From the NCBI RefSeq assembly GCF_056989575.1, contig NZ_CM168018.1: a stretch of 40,000 nucleotides of DNA. The stretch is one strand, 5' to 3'. The notes beneath the pieces were generated by a model. The model worked only from the letters and a program-made list of their open reading frames with translations, did not search any database and had not been told where the DNA came from. Within the stretch, counting starts at the first letter, position 1, and every line of letters starts with the position of its first letter. Both the position numbers and the translations under genes were made by a program. This document shows, piece after piece, positions 10,726-19,446 of this stretch.

Positions 10726-10799
10726 GCGGGCGTAGTTCAATGGTAGAACGAGAGCTTCCCAAGCTCTATACGAGGGTTCGATTCCCTTCGCCCGCTCCA
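10726..10799 (+). tRNA. glyU: tRNA-Gly, anticodon CCC
   Basis: GCGGGCGTAGTTCAATGGTAGAACGAGAGCTTCCCAAGCTCTATACGAGGGTTCGATTCCCTTCGCCCGCTCCA; full cloverleaf, CCC anticodon, encoded CCA; TATAAT upstream at about 10702. Confidence 0.97.
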
Positions 10800-11032
10800 A
10801 TTTATCTTCACCTGATCAATCTGCCATTTTTGCTGTATCTGATTTTCTATATTATCTTAATTCAACCGCTTCAGGCTTTTCGCAATCGCTGTAACACTTC
10901 CCCATTTTTTTGTAAATAAAAAGCGTTTACGCAATGCAATCCTTTTGTAACAACCCAGGTAAAATACCTTATTTTCAAGTTGTTGAATAAGTGGTTATCT
11001 ACGCTTTTAACAAACGATTGATGGATTATTTT

Positions 11033-12643
11033 ATGAAAGGGAAATCTGCATTAACTCTTCTGCTCGCTGGTATATTTTCGTGCGGCACATGCCAGGCGAC
11101 AGGGGCAGAAGTGACGAGTGAATCTGTATTTAACATTCTTAATTCCACGGGGGCAGCAACAGATAAAAGTTATTTATCGTTAAATCCAGATAAGTATCCT
11201 AATTATCGTCTTTTGATTCACTCAGCCAAATTACAAAATGAAATAAAGAGCCACTATACCAAAGACGAAATTCAAGGATTGCTAACATTAACAGAAAACA
11301 CACGAAAGTTAACGTTGACGGAGAAACCCTGGGGAACGTTTATTCTTGCTTCTACTTTCGAAGATGACAAAACAGCGGCAGAAACCCACTATGATGCTGT
11401 CTGGCTGAGGGATAGTTTATGGGGCTATATGGCATTAGTATCAGATCAGGGAAATAGTGTAGCCGCAAAAAAGGTTCTGCTCACCCTGTGGGATTATATG
11501 TCTACGCCCGACCAGATTAAGCGGATGCAGGACGTCATTAGCAACCCCAAACGACTGGATGGAGTTCCCGGGCAAATGAATGTTGTGCATATCCGATTTG
11601 ACAGCAACTCCCCCGTGATGGCAGATGTGCAGGAAGAAGGCAAGCCGCAGCTGTGGAACCATAAACAAAATGATGCGTTAGGTCTTTATCTTGATCTCCT
11701 TATACAAGCAATCGACACTGATACAATTAACGCTGAAGATTGGCAAAAAGGTGACCGATTAAAATCGGTTGCGCTGCTGATTGCTTATCTGGATAAAGCC
11801 AATTTCTATGTTATGGAAGATTCCGGAGCATGGGAAGAAGATGCCCGATTAAACACATCTTCCGTTGCACTGGTGACCTCTGGACTGGAACGTTTGTCGA
11901 ACTTACTCTCGAAGAAAGACTCTGTTTTTGTCTCTGATTTACTACGCGAAGCTAAAGCCAATGAACTGGATGAACCTCTTTCAACAACGAGGTTGAACCA
12001 CCTCATAGATAAAGGTTATGAAAGAATAACGTTACAGCTTGATTTAGGGGGAGAATCCCCAGGTTATCTGGAAAAAGATAAACATTACAGAGAAGCCGAT
12101 GCGGCTTTACTTAATGTTATTTATCCTGCAAATCTTGCAAAGATAAACACCAGAAGAAAAGAGCAGGTTCTAAAAATAGTTAAAAAACTAGCAGGTCCGT
12201 ATGGTATAAAAAGATACGAGAAGGATAATTATCAGTCGGCAAATTTTTGGTTCAATGATATTAAAACCGATACCGATCAAAATTCACATGCGAAAAGAGA
12301 AAAGAGCTTCATTCCATCAACAGAAGCAGAATGGTTTTTTGACTCATGGTATGCAAAATCAGCAGCAATTGTTTATAAAGAATCAAGAAAGGAAGAGTAT
12401 TTGAATGACTCAGTGCAATTTATGAATAGATCATTGGCCCAAATAACAGGCGAGAATATGATTGGTGCAAATGGCAGGAGTGTACCTGAAATGGCACTTC
12501 CCGAAAGCTATAACTATATCCACAAGTCGGGAACTTTGCATGAAGCGCCAAGCCCTATCATTCCGCTAAATTGGTCGAAAGCTTCAATGACTCTCATGTT
12601 GAAAGAGATGTCCAACCTTATCAATGATGAGGGAATTAAATAG
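11033..12643 (+). CDS. Putative exported glycoside hydrolase-like protein (alpha/alpha-toroid type)
   Basis: ORF 10991..12643; likely start at ATG 11033 giving signal peptide MKGKSALTLLLAGIFSCGTCQATGA; DAVWLRDSLWGYMAL, LDLGGESPGYL, NFWFNDIKTD, PEMALPESYNYI. Confidence 0.6.
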   Translation: MKGKSALTLLLAGIFSCGTCQATGAEVTSESVFNILNSTGAATDKSYLSLNPDKYPNYRLLIHSAKLQNEIKSHYTKDEIQGLLTLTENTRKLTLTEKPWGTFILASTFEDDKTAAETHYDAVWLRDSLWGYMALVSDQGNSVAAKKVLLTLWDYMSTPDQIKRMQDVISNPKRLDGVPGQMNVVHIRFDSNSPVMADVQEEGKPQLWNHKQNDALGLYLDLLIQAIDTDTINAEDWQKGDRLKSVALLIAYLDKANFYVMEDSGAWEEDARLNTSSVALVTSGLERLSNLLSKKDSVFVSDLLREAKANELDEPLSTTRLNHLIDKGYERITLQLDLGGESPGYLEKDKHYREADAALLNVIYPANLAKINTRRKEQVLKIVKKLAGPYGIKRYEKDNYQSANFWFNDIKTDTDQNSHAKREKSFIPSTEAEWFFDSWYAKSAAIVYKESRKEEYLNDSVQFMNRSLAQITGENMIGANGRSVPEMALPESYNYIHKSGTLHEAPSPIIPLNWSKASMTLMLKEMSNLINDEGIK

Positions 12644-12655
12644 TTTTCATAATGA

Positions 12656-12775
12656 GTTACAGCACAACGTTGGGTATTGACTGAGCAAGATGAACGACAA
12701 GGACAACGACATCAGCCTTATGAGGAGCAAGAAAATGAAAGCAAATTCGAAAACGATCAGAAGGATGAAAGTTAA
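12656..12775 (+). pseudogene. Residual C-terminal coding segment of a deleted gene upstream of epaO (probably the spaN/eivJ equivalent)
   Basis: Start-less frame VTAQRWVLTEQDERQGQRHQPYEEQENESKFENDQKDES* ends TAATG overlapping the epaO start. Confidence 0.45.
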
Positions 12776-13722
12776 TGTTCGGTCTGAGGAAAGTAAATCG
12801 AAACACTCATACGTTTGAAACCACTTTTCAAAATTGGAAAGAAAATGGCGAAGATGTTGCATTATTAATGCCCGAATTTAGTGCTAAATGGTTACCGATA
12901 GCAGAAGAGAGTGGCAGCTGGTCTGGATGGGTATTGCTTGGAGAAATATTTCCCTTAATTTCATCTGAGCTCGCTGGGATGGCTTTAATGCCAGAAACGG
13001 AAAGGTTAATAGGGGAATGGCTCAGTTTATCCAGTTCCCCGTTAAATCTAAAGCATCCTGAACTAAAATATAATCGTTTGCACGTAGGTAAAGTATTTGA
13101 TGGAGTATTGAGCCCTGCTCAACCACTAATAAGAATATGAACAGGGGAATTGAATCTTTGGTTAGATAAAGTCACAGTCTGCCAATACGGAAACGCTCCA
13201 GTGTTAGACAAAAAATCATTATATTGGTCCATTCATTTTGTAATTGGATTTAGTAAAACATGTTACAGAAGTCTTGTTGATATTGAAGTTGGTGATGTTT
13301 TATTAATCTCAAATAATTTGGCTTATGCGGTTATTTATAATACAAAAATTTGTGATTTAATTTTTCCAGAGGAGTTAAAAATGGCTGATCATTTTGAGTA
13401 CGAGGAAGATTTTGAAACAGATGATTTTGATATCAAAAAAAACGAGAGTGAGATTTATGATGAAAATGACGAACAGATGATTAATAGTTTTGAAGAGTTG
13501 CCTGTAAAAATTGAGTTTGTTCTTGGTAAGAAAATAATGAATCTATATGAAATAGACGATCTCTGTGCAAAAAGAATAATATCTCTGCTTCCTGAATCTG
13601 AGAAAAATATAGAGATACGTGTAAATGGTGCGCTAACTGGCTATGGCGAACTTGTTGAAGTGGATGATAAATTGGGCGTAGAAATTCATTCTTGGTTATC
13701 AGGGAATAATAATGTCAAATAG
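12775..13722 (+). pseudogene. epaO: epaO (SctQ/SpaO family C-ring protein) interrupted by in-frame TGA at 13138-13140
   Basis: ORFs 12775..13140 and 13150..13722 are in the same frame; together they resemble Salmonella SpaO (WSGWVLLGE, WSIHFVIGFSKT...IEVGDVLLI, LPVKIEFVLGKK, GELVEVDDKLGVEIHSWL). Confidence 0.85.
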
Positions 13723-14377
13723 CATTTCGCTGATAGCGATATTATCATTATTTACACTATTGCCGTTTATAATAGCATCCGGGACATGTTTTATTAAATT
13801 CTCGATTGTTTTTGTTATTGTCCGAAACGCGCTGGGACTTCAGCAAGTGCCATCAAATATGACACTTAATGGGGTTGCTTTGCTATTGTCAATGTTCGTA
13901 ATGATGCCGGTTGGGAAGGAAATATATAATAACAGTCAGAATGAGAATCTTTCATTCAATAATGTAGCATCGGTTGTTAATTTTGTTGAGACAGGCATGA
14001 GTGGTTATAAATCATATTTGATAAAATATTCTGAACCTGAGTTGGTTAGCTTTTTTGAAAAGATTCAGAAGGTGAATAGTTCTGAAGACAATGAAGAGAT
14101 AATCGATGATGATAATATTTCAATTTTCTCGTTACTGCCCGCATATGCATTGAGTGAGATAAAAAGTGCATTTATTATAGGTTTTTATATCTATTTACCC
14201 TTTGTCGTAGTGGATCTGGTTATATCCAGCGTTCTGTTAACGTTAGGTATGATGATGATGAGTCCGGTAACCATATCTACACCGATAAAATTAATTTTGT
14301 TTGTCGCGATGGACGGTTGGACAATGTTATCAAAAGGGCTCATTTTACAATATTTTGACCTATCCATTAATCCCTGA
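13712..14377 (+). CDS. epaP: EpaP, SctR/SpaP-family export apparatus protein
   Basis: 221 aa; FIKFSIVFVIVRNALGLQQVPSNMTLNGVALLLSMFVM, and SAFIIGFYIYLPFVVVDLVISSVLLTLGMMMMSPVTISTPIKLILFVAMDGW. Confidence 0.93.
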   Translation: MSNSISLIAILSLFTLLPFIIASGTCFIKFSIVFVIVRNALGLQQVPSNMTLNGVALLLSMFVMMPVGKEIYNNSQNENLSFNNVASVVNFVETGMSGYKSYLIKYSEPELVSFFEKIQKVNSSEDNEEIIDDDNISIFSLLPAYALSEIKSAFIIGFYIYLPFVVVDLVISSVLLTLGMMMMSPVTISTPIKLILFVAMDGWTMLSKGLILQYFDLSINP

Positions 14378-14386
14378 GGAAAAAAT

Positions 14387-14647
14387 ATGGACGATATTGT
14401 TTTTGCGGGGAATAGGGCGCTGTATCTGATTTTAGTTATGTCTGCAGGACCTATTGCAGTTGCGACATTTGTTGGTTTATTGGTAGGGCTTTTTCAAACG
14501 GTAACGCAGTTGCAAGAACAGACGTTGCCATTTGGCGTGAAATTATTGTGCGTAAGTATTTGCTTTTTTTTAATGAGCGGGTGGTATGGTGAAAAATTAT
14601 ATTCATTTGGTATCGAAATGCTGAATTTAGCATTCGCGAGAGGATAG
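14387..14647 (+). CDS. epaQ: EpaQ, SctS/SpaQ-family export apparatus protein
   Basis: 86 aa; [35 protein letters not shown]. Confidence 0.93.
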   Translation: MDDIVFAGNRALYLILVMSAGPIAVATFVGLLVGLFQTVTQLQEQTLPFGVKLLCVSICFFLMSGWYGEKLYSFGIEMLNLAFARG

Positions 14648-14648
14648 C

Positions 14649-15416
14649 ATGGGGGAGGCGATACTCTATCAGTTGCATAGTCTGCTGGCTGCTACAGCGC
14701 TCGGTTTTTGCCGATTGGCACCAACTTTCTATTTGTTACCATTTTTCGCCAGTGGGAATATACCAACAGTAGTTCGTCACCCAATAATAATAGTGGTATC
14801 ATGTGCATTAGTTCAGCATTACCACTATGAATTATTGAACTTAAATGAAATCGATATTGCTTTGTTCGCTGCCAGAGAAATTATCATAGGGCTGTTTATT
14901 GCATGCTTATTAGCATCCCCGTTTTGGATGTTCCTTGCTATAGGTAGCTTTATCGATAACCAACGCGGTGCAACATTAAGTAGTACTTTGGATCCGGCTA
15001 CAGGTGTCGATACCTCGGAATTAGCAAGATTATTTAACCTTTTCTCTGCTGCGGTTTATCTTACTAAAGGTGGAATGAACTTTATTCTGGAAACTCTTTG
15101 GCAAAGTTATAATTTATGGCCTTCAGGCAATTTTAATTTTCCTAAATTAGAGCCTTTATTCTCATATATTAATAACATAATGACTCATACTATCGTTTAC
15201 GCAAGCCCCGTGATTGCCGTTATGCTGGGCGGTGAGGCTGTCCTGGGATTGCTGGCATGTTATGCTTCACAACTAAATGCTTTTGCCATTTCACTGACTG
15301 TCAAAAGTGCGCTGGCATTTTTAATATTAATTATTTATTTTGCCCCAATACTGGCTGAACGAGTAATGCCGTTATCCTTTTTCCCAGAACAATTGCAACT
15401 ATACATTGAGAAATAG
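14649..15416 (+). CDS. epaR: EpaR, SctT/SpaR-family export apparatus protein
   Basis: 255 aa membrane protein; EIIIGLFIACLLASPFWMFLAIGSFIDNQRGATLSS; position after epaQ. Confidence 0.92.
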   Translation: MGEAILYQLHSLLAATALGFCRLAPTFYLLPFFASGNIPTVVRHPIIIVVSCALVQHYHYELLNLNEIDIALFAAREIIIGLFIACLLASPFWMFLAIGSFIDNQRGATLSSTLDPATGVDTSELARLFNLFSAAVYLTKGGMNFILETLWQSYNLWPSGNFNFPKLEPLFSYINNIMTHTIVYASPVIAVMLGGEAVLGLLACYASQLNAFAISLTVKSALAFLILIIYFAPILAERVMPLSFFPEQLQLYIEK

Positions 15417-15424
15417 AGTGTTTC

Positions 15425-16545
15425 ATGGCCAATAAAACTGAAAAGCCAACACAAAAGAAACTCCAGGATGCTTCTAAAAAAGGGCAAATTCTAAAAAGTA
15501 GAGACTTAACCATCTCTGTAATAATGCTTGTGGGTACTTTATATCTCGGATATGTTTTTGATGTGCATCACATTATGTCGATTCTTGAATACATCCTTGA
15601 TCATAACGCTAAACCAGATATTTGGGACTATTTTAAAGCTATGGGGGTTGGTTGGTTGAAAACGAACATTCCTTTTTTGCTGGTTTGCATGTTCACAACA
15701 ATACTTGTCTCCTGGTTTCAAAGTAAAATGCAATTAGCAACTGAAGCTGTTAAATTTAAGTTTGATTCATTGAATCCAGTAAATGGCTTAAAGCGTATAT
15801 TTGGCTTAAAAACCGTAAAAGAATTTGTTAAAGCAATTCTTTATATTGTTTTTTTTGCATTGGCGATCAAAGTATTTTGGAGTAATCATAAATCACTGCT
15901 TTTTAAAACTCTTGATGGAGATATCATATCTTTATTATCAGATTGGGGAGAGATGCTATTCCTTCTCATACTGTATTGTCTCGGCAGTATGATAATTGTC
16001 TTAATTTTTGATTTTATCGCTGAATATTTTTTATTTATGAAAGATATGAAAATGGATAAACAAGAAGTTAAAAGAGAATACAAGAAGCAAGAAGGAAATC
16101 CAGAAATTAAGTCTAAACGCAGAGAGCGCATCAGGAAATTCTTTCTGAGCAATTGAAGTCTGATGTCAGTAATAGTCGTTTGATGATTGCCAACCCTACT
16201 CACATTGCAATAGGAATATACTTTAAGCCACATCTTTCACCTATTCCATTGATTTCTGTAAGAGAAACTAATGAGGTAGCCTTAGCCGTAAGGAAATATG
16301 CAAAGGAAATCGGAATACCAATTATCACAGATAAAAAATTAGCACGAAAAATTTATGCTACCCATCGTCGCTACGATTATGTTAGCTTCGAAAATATAGA
16401 TGAAATATTACGTCTTCTGCTGTGGCTTGAAGATGTGGAGAATGCTGGACAACCTGTTCCAGATGAACAGCTCTCTTCAGAAGATAAATTCATTGAAGGT
16501 GAAGAGAAAGAAATCGAGAATAAAGACGATAATTTAAAAAATTAA
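15425..16545 (+). pseudogene. epaS: epaS (SctU/SpaS/FlhB family) split by a -1 nt frameshift near 16130-16140
   Basis: ORFs 15425..16156 (MANKTEKPTQKKLQDASKKGQILKSRDL) and 16153..16545 (MKSDVSNSRLMIANPTHIAIGIYFKPHL) together give one SctU protein; NPTH autocleavage motif at 16192-16203 in the second frame. Confidence 0.88.
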
Positions 16546-16606
16546 ACATCTGTCGTAGTCAGAAATTTATAAGAATCTACACGCAAAAACCGTGTAGATT
16601 CATTAT

Positions 16607-16900
16607 TTAATGAGTTAAACGATCTTGTGAAATGACAAGCAATTGATACATACTCATCTCTTTATAAGCTGGAACTGTAGTAACCTGTGCAAATTCGCGA
16701 TATAGCTTTTGCTCCAGTTCTGCTGAAGATATATATTCCGGGTGTTCGCTAAAGAACTGTCTTGCATCTACTATCGCTTGGGATTCGCCACTTCTTTTAT
16801 TTTGATTCTCCTTTAATGAATTTTCTATGGTGCATGCAGAGAGCAACGATATCAGCGCGATGGTTATTATGATGTTACTATTATATCCTACTAATGACAT
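16607..16900 (-). CDS. Small lipoprotein resembling the InvH T3SS pilotin
   Basis: 97 aa; lipobox LISLLSAC; ARQFFSEHPEYISSAELEQKLYREF...SMYQLLVISQDRL resembles the C-terminus of Salmonella InvH (FFQEHPQYM...LMTEFKKV...LSIYQTLLAAHERL, recalled). Confidence 0.65.
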   Translation of the reverse strand: MSLVGYNSNIIITIALISLLSACTIENSLKENQNKRSGESQAIVDARQFFSEHPEYISSAELEQKLYREFAQVTTVPAYKEMSMYQLLVISQDRLTH

Positions 16901-16901
16901 A

Positions 16902-17402
16902 TCAACTTTCTCTTACGCAAGATTGGAGTTTAAAATAATGTTTATCCCATTCACAGAGTGCTATAAACAACTCAACAGTACCTTTTATGTTAAGTTTATT
17001 TAGGGCTCTTATTTTGTGATATGATATTGTTTTATAATCAATTCCTTTAATAATGGCTATTTGTTTTAACGAGTAAGAAACACATAACCGCAGGATATCT
17101 ATCTCATCATGGGTAAGTGGTTCTTGTGTGGAATACACATTTTGTGTATGAAGATTCGAAATCAGGAAATGCGTTAAATCAGATAATGTAATATTCTTAT
17201 TGATCCTGATGAAATTGTTGCTTAAAAGGATGTTTACAGGTTCTGTATTTGGATTGAGATTTCGATGTTGATGCTCATCAATAACAACGAACGAATGCCC
17301 AAGATCAACCAACGCAACTAAATCGCTGTAATATTCTTTTTGGGATGCTAATAATGCATTAGTGCCTACAGTGAAGTAGACATCACTGGAAAAGACTTGC
17401 AT
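16902..17402 (-). CDS. etrA: LuxR-type HTH regulator, EtrA-like
   Basis: 166 aa; C-terminal HTH LTHDEIDILRLCVSYSLKQIAIIKGIDYKTISYHKIRALNKLNIKGTVEL; located between epaS and eprH. Confidence 0.65.
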   Translation of the reverse strand: MQVFSSDVYFTVGTNALLASQKEYYSDLVALVDLGHSFVVIDEHQHRNLNPNTEPVNILLSNNFIRINKNITLSDLTHFLISNLHTQNVYSTQEPLTHDEIDILRLCVSYSLKQIAIIKGIDYKTISYHKIRALNKLNIKGTVELFIALCEWDKHYFKLQSCVRES

Positions 17403-17650
17403 ATGCCAACCTGTACTCTAAAATCATTTAGGGTAAATATTACGTGTAAAAGTTAAAATAAAAGTAATTATTATATTTGCTTAACATTGAGGGAATAGGG
17501 TTTATACCTTAAATTGTAAATAAAGTTATGCATAGAGGCATTTAAAATAGTTCTCGAAATTATAATTTTTTTATTCTGTGTCATCATTATTTGGTCATGA
17601 TATTTCCGTCTTGTTACACTACTCTAAACTAGAGCTTATGGAATTAGCGG

Positions 17651-18841
17651 GTGGTATTCATGGAAAATAATGATAAATTCTTATCACAAGAATTATTGGA
17701 ATCTTATGCCATTCGTTTGTTGAGCGGACCATTGAATGGATGCGAGTATGAAATACTTAATGGGCGTCTACTTGTTATCATTGGTAATGATGTTTCGTTA
17801 GGAAGAAGTGATGCTTTTTCTGAGTTACCAGAAAACACAATAGTCGTTCCTTATGGCGAGCTTACAGGTAGTTTTGAGATAATAATTACTACCGACCCTG
17901 ATCTGGTAGTAACATTCAGAGAATTAACAGCACAAGAACCTGAAGATAGAACGTTAACATTGAATCAGCAAATAGAAGTTTTAGGTCTCAAATTTGCTGT
18001 AAAAGAAAAAAATGAAGTTTGGCAGTATTCATTGCCAGGCATTATTGAAAATAACATTATTTCTACAAAACAACATTTCTTTAGCAGTAAGCTGTTTAAG
18101 TATGTAATGCTTTTTTTTCTTTTTGCTATCATTTTCATTGCTTTTTATATTGTTAATGCCAGTAATGATCCGCAGCTGAGACATATCGATAAAATTCTTG
18201 TAAACAAAAACAGGAATTATGAAATTTTATATGGTAGAGATCATGTTATCTATATTAATACCAATATTTTGGATGAAGCAGTCTGGGTCAAACAAGCACT
18301 GGAAAAAAATCAACCAGGAAAGCCAGTACGGGTGATAAATCCTGATGATGAATCGATACGAATTTTTTCATGGCTTGCTGATAATTTCCCTGATTTACAA
18401 TATTTTAAACTTCAACTATTAGATGCCAGTAATCTAAGATTGACAGTGAGTAAGCAACGGAACGCTATCACACAGCAACTAATCGATAATCTTATTAAAG
18501 GATTACTGCAAACTATGCCATATGCCAGCAATATAAGTATTGCGGTATTAGATGATAATGTATTGGAAAGTCAGGCTATTGAAACGTTGTCAGCGATAGG
18601 TCTTTCTTATGAAAAATATAAAACAGCTAACAATGTGTATTTCAATATCATTGGTACGTTAAGTGACAGTGAATTAAATAAAATTAATAACTATGTTGAC
18701 GAATATTATAAACAATGGGGTAAACAATATGTAAGATTTAATGTGAATTTGAAAAATCAGGACACAAATAATAGTTCATTTAGCTACGGAGATAACCGAT
18801 TCGAGAAGTCTCAAGGTAGCAACTGGACATTTCAGGAATAA
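17651..18841 (+). CDS. eprH: EprH, SctD/PrgH-family inner-membrane ring protein (start 17660 ATG also possible)
   Basis: 396 aa; cytoplasmic domain, TM at VMLFFLFAIIFIAFYIVNA, periplasmic ring domains; followed by needle and rod genes as in prgHIJK. Confidence 0.9.
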   Translation: MVFMENNDKFLSQELLESYAIRLLSGPLNGCEYEILNGRLLVIIGNDVSLGRSDAFSELPENTIVVPYGELTGSFEIIITTDPDLVVTFRELTAQEPEDRTLTLNQQIEVLGLKFAVKEKNEVWQYSLPGIIENNIISTKQHFFSSKLFKYVMLFFLFAIIFIAFYIVNASNDPQLRHIDKILVNKNRNYEILYGRDHVIYINTNILDEAVWVKQALEKNQPGKPVRVINPDDESIRIFSWLADNFPDLQYFKLQLLDASNLRLTVSKQRNAITQQLIDNLIKGLLQTMPYASNISIAVLDDNVLESQAIETLSAIGLSYEKYKTANNVYFNIIGTLSDSELNKINNYVDEYYKQWGKQYVRFNVNLKNQDTNNSSFSYGDNRFEKSQGSNWTFQE

Positions 18842-18854
18842 TTGAGGAGGACTT

Positions 18855-19095
18855 ATGGCAGATTGGAATGGTTATATTATGGATATCAGCAATCAATTTG
18901 ATCAGGGCGTTGATGATCTGAACCAGCAAGTTGAAAAAGCGTTGGAGGATTTAGCCAACCAATCCTTCCGACACGAAATTTCTTGCCGAATATCAAAGTG
19001 CATTAGCTGAGTATACATTATATCGAAATGCGCAATCTAACGTTGTAAAAGCGTATAAAGATCTTGATTCAGCAATCATACAAAACTTCCGCTAA
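18855..19095 (+). pseudogene. eprI: eprI (SctF/PrgI needle subunit) disrupted by a +1 frameshift at about 18957-18960
   Basis: Frame 1 MADWNGYIMDISNQFDQGVDDLNQQVEKALEDLAN; frame 2 from 18961 NPSDTKFLAEYQSALAEYTLYRNAQSNVVKAYKDLDSAIIQNFR*, near collinear with PrgI. Confidence 0.9.
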
Positions 19096-19114
19096 ACTGG
19101 ATAAGGATTTTATT

Positions 19115-19446
19115 ATGTCAGTAAGCAATATGCCACCTATTGATAGAGCTGAGTAATCAACTGCTCATGAAATACAGCAAGCGAAAGTGATTGATTTAAA
19201 TGATCGGGTTCTCAATCTTGACAACCCGGATGATAAAATGATCTCCGCTTTTGCCAACTATGCTGTACAAACTGAAAATTGGCAGCAAAATGCGTTACAA
19301 GCATTAAGGTCTGATAAAGAGGGGTTAACTCCTGAAAAATTATTAGTCTTGCAGGATCATGTGCTTAATTATAATGTCGAGGTTTCATTGGTGGAACATT
19401 AGCAAGAAAGATTGTCGCTGCAGTTGAGACGTTGACCCGCTCATGA
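19115..19446 (+). pseudogene. eprJ: eprJ (SctI/PrgJ inner rod) with in-frame TAA at 19154-19156 and a C-terminal frameshift near 19395-19400
   Basis: MSVSNMPPIDRAE*STAHEIQQAKVIDLNDRVLNLDNPDDKMISAFANYAVQTENW...QDHVLNYNVEVSLV, then the shifted frame TLARKIVAAVETLTRS* ends at the eprK start. Confidence 0.85.

Noticed and set aside
10800-11030. Integrase or attachment-site duplicate after glyU
   Set aside because: No integrase-like ORF and no repeat of the tRNA 3' end seen downstream or near 29300-31140, so tRNA-mediated integration cannot be demonstrated from this window.
12775-13722. TGA at 13138 as a selenocysteine codon in epaO
   Set aside because: No SECIS-like stem visible just downstream and SctQ proteins have no redox role; a plain nonsense mutation fits better.
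15425-16545. Possible programmed frameshift in epaS
   Set aside because: No convincing slippery heptamer or stimulatory structure at the junction, and several neighbouring T3SS genes carry unrelated inactivating changes, so decay is the simpler reading.
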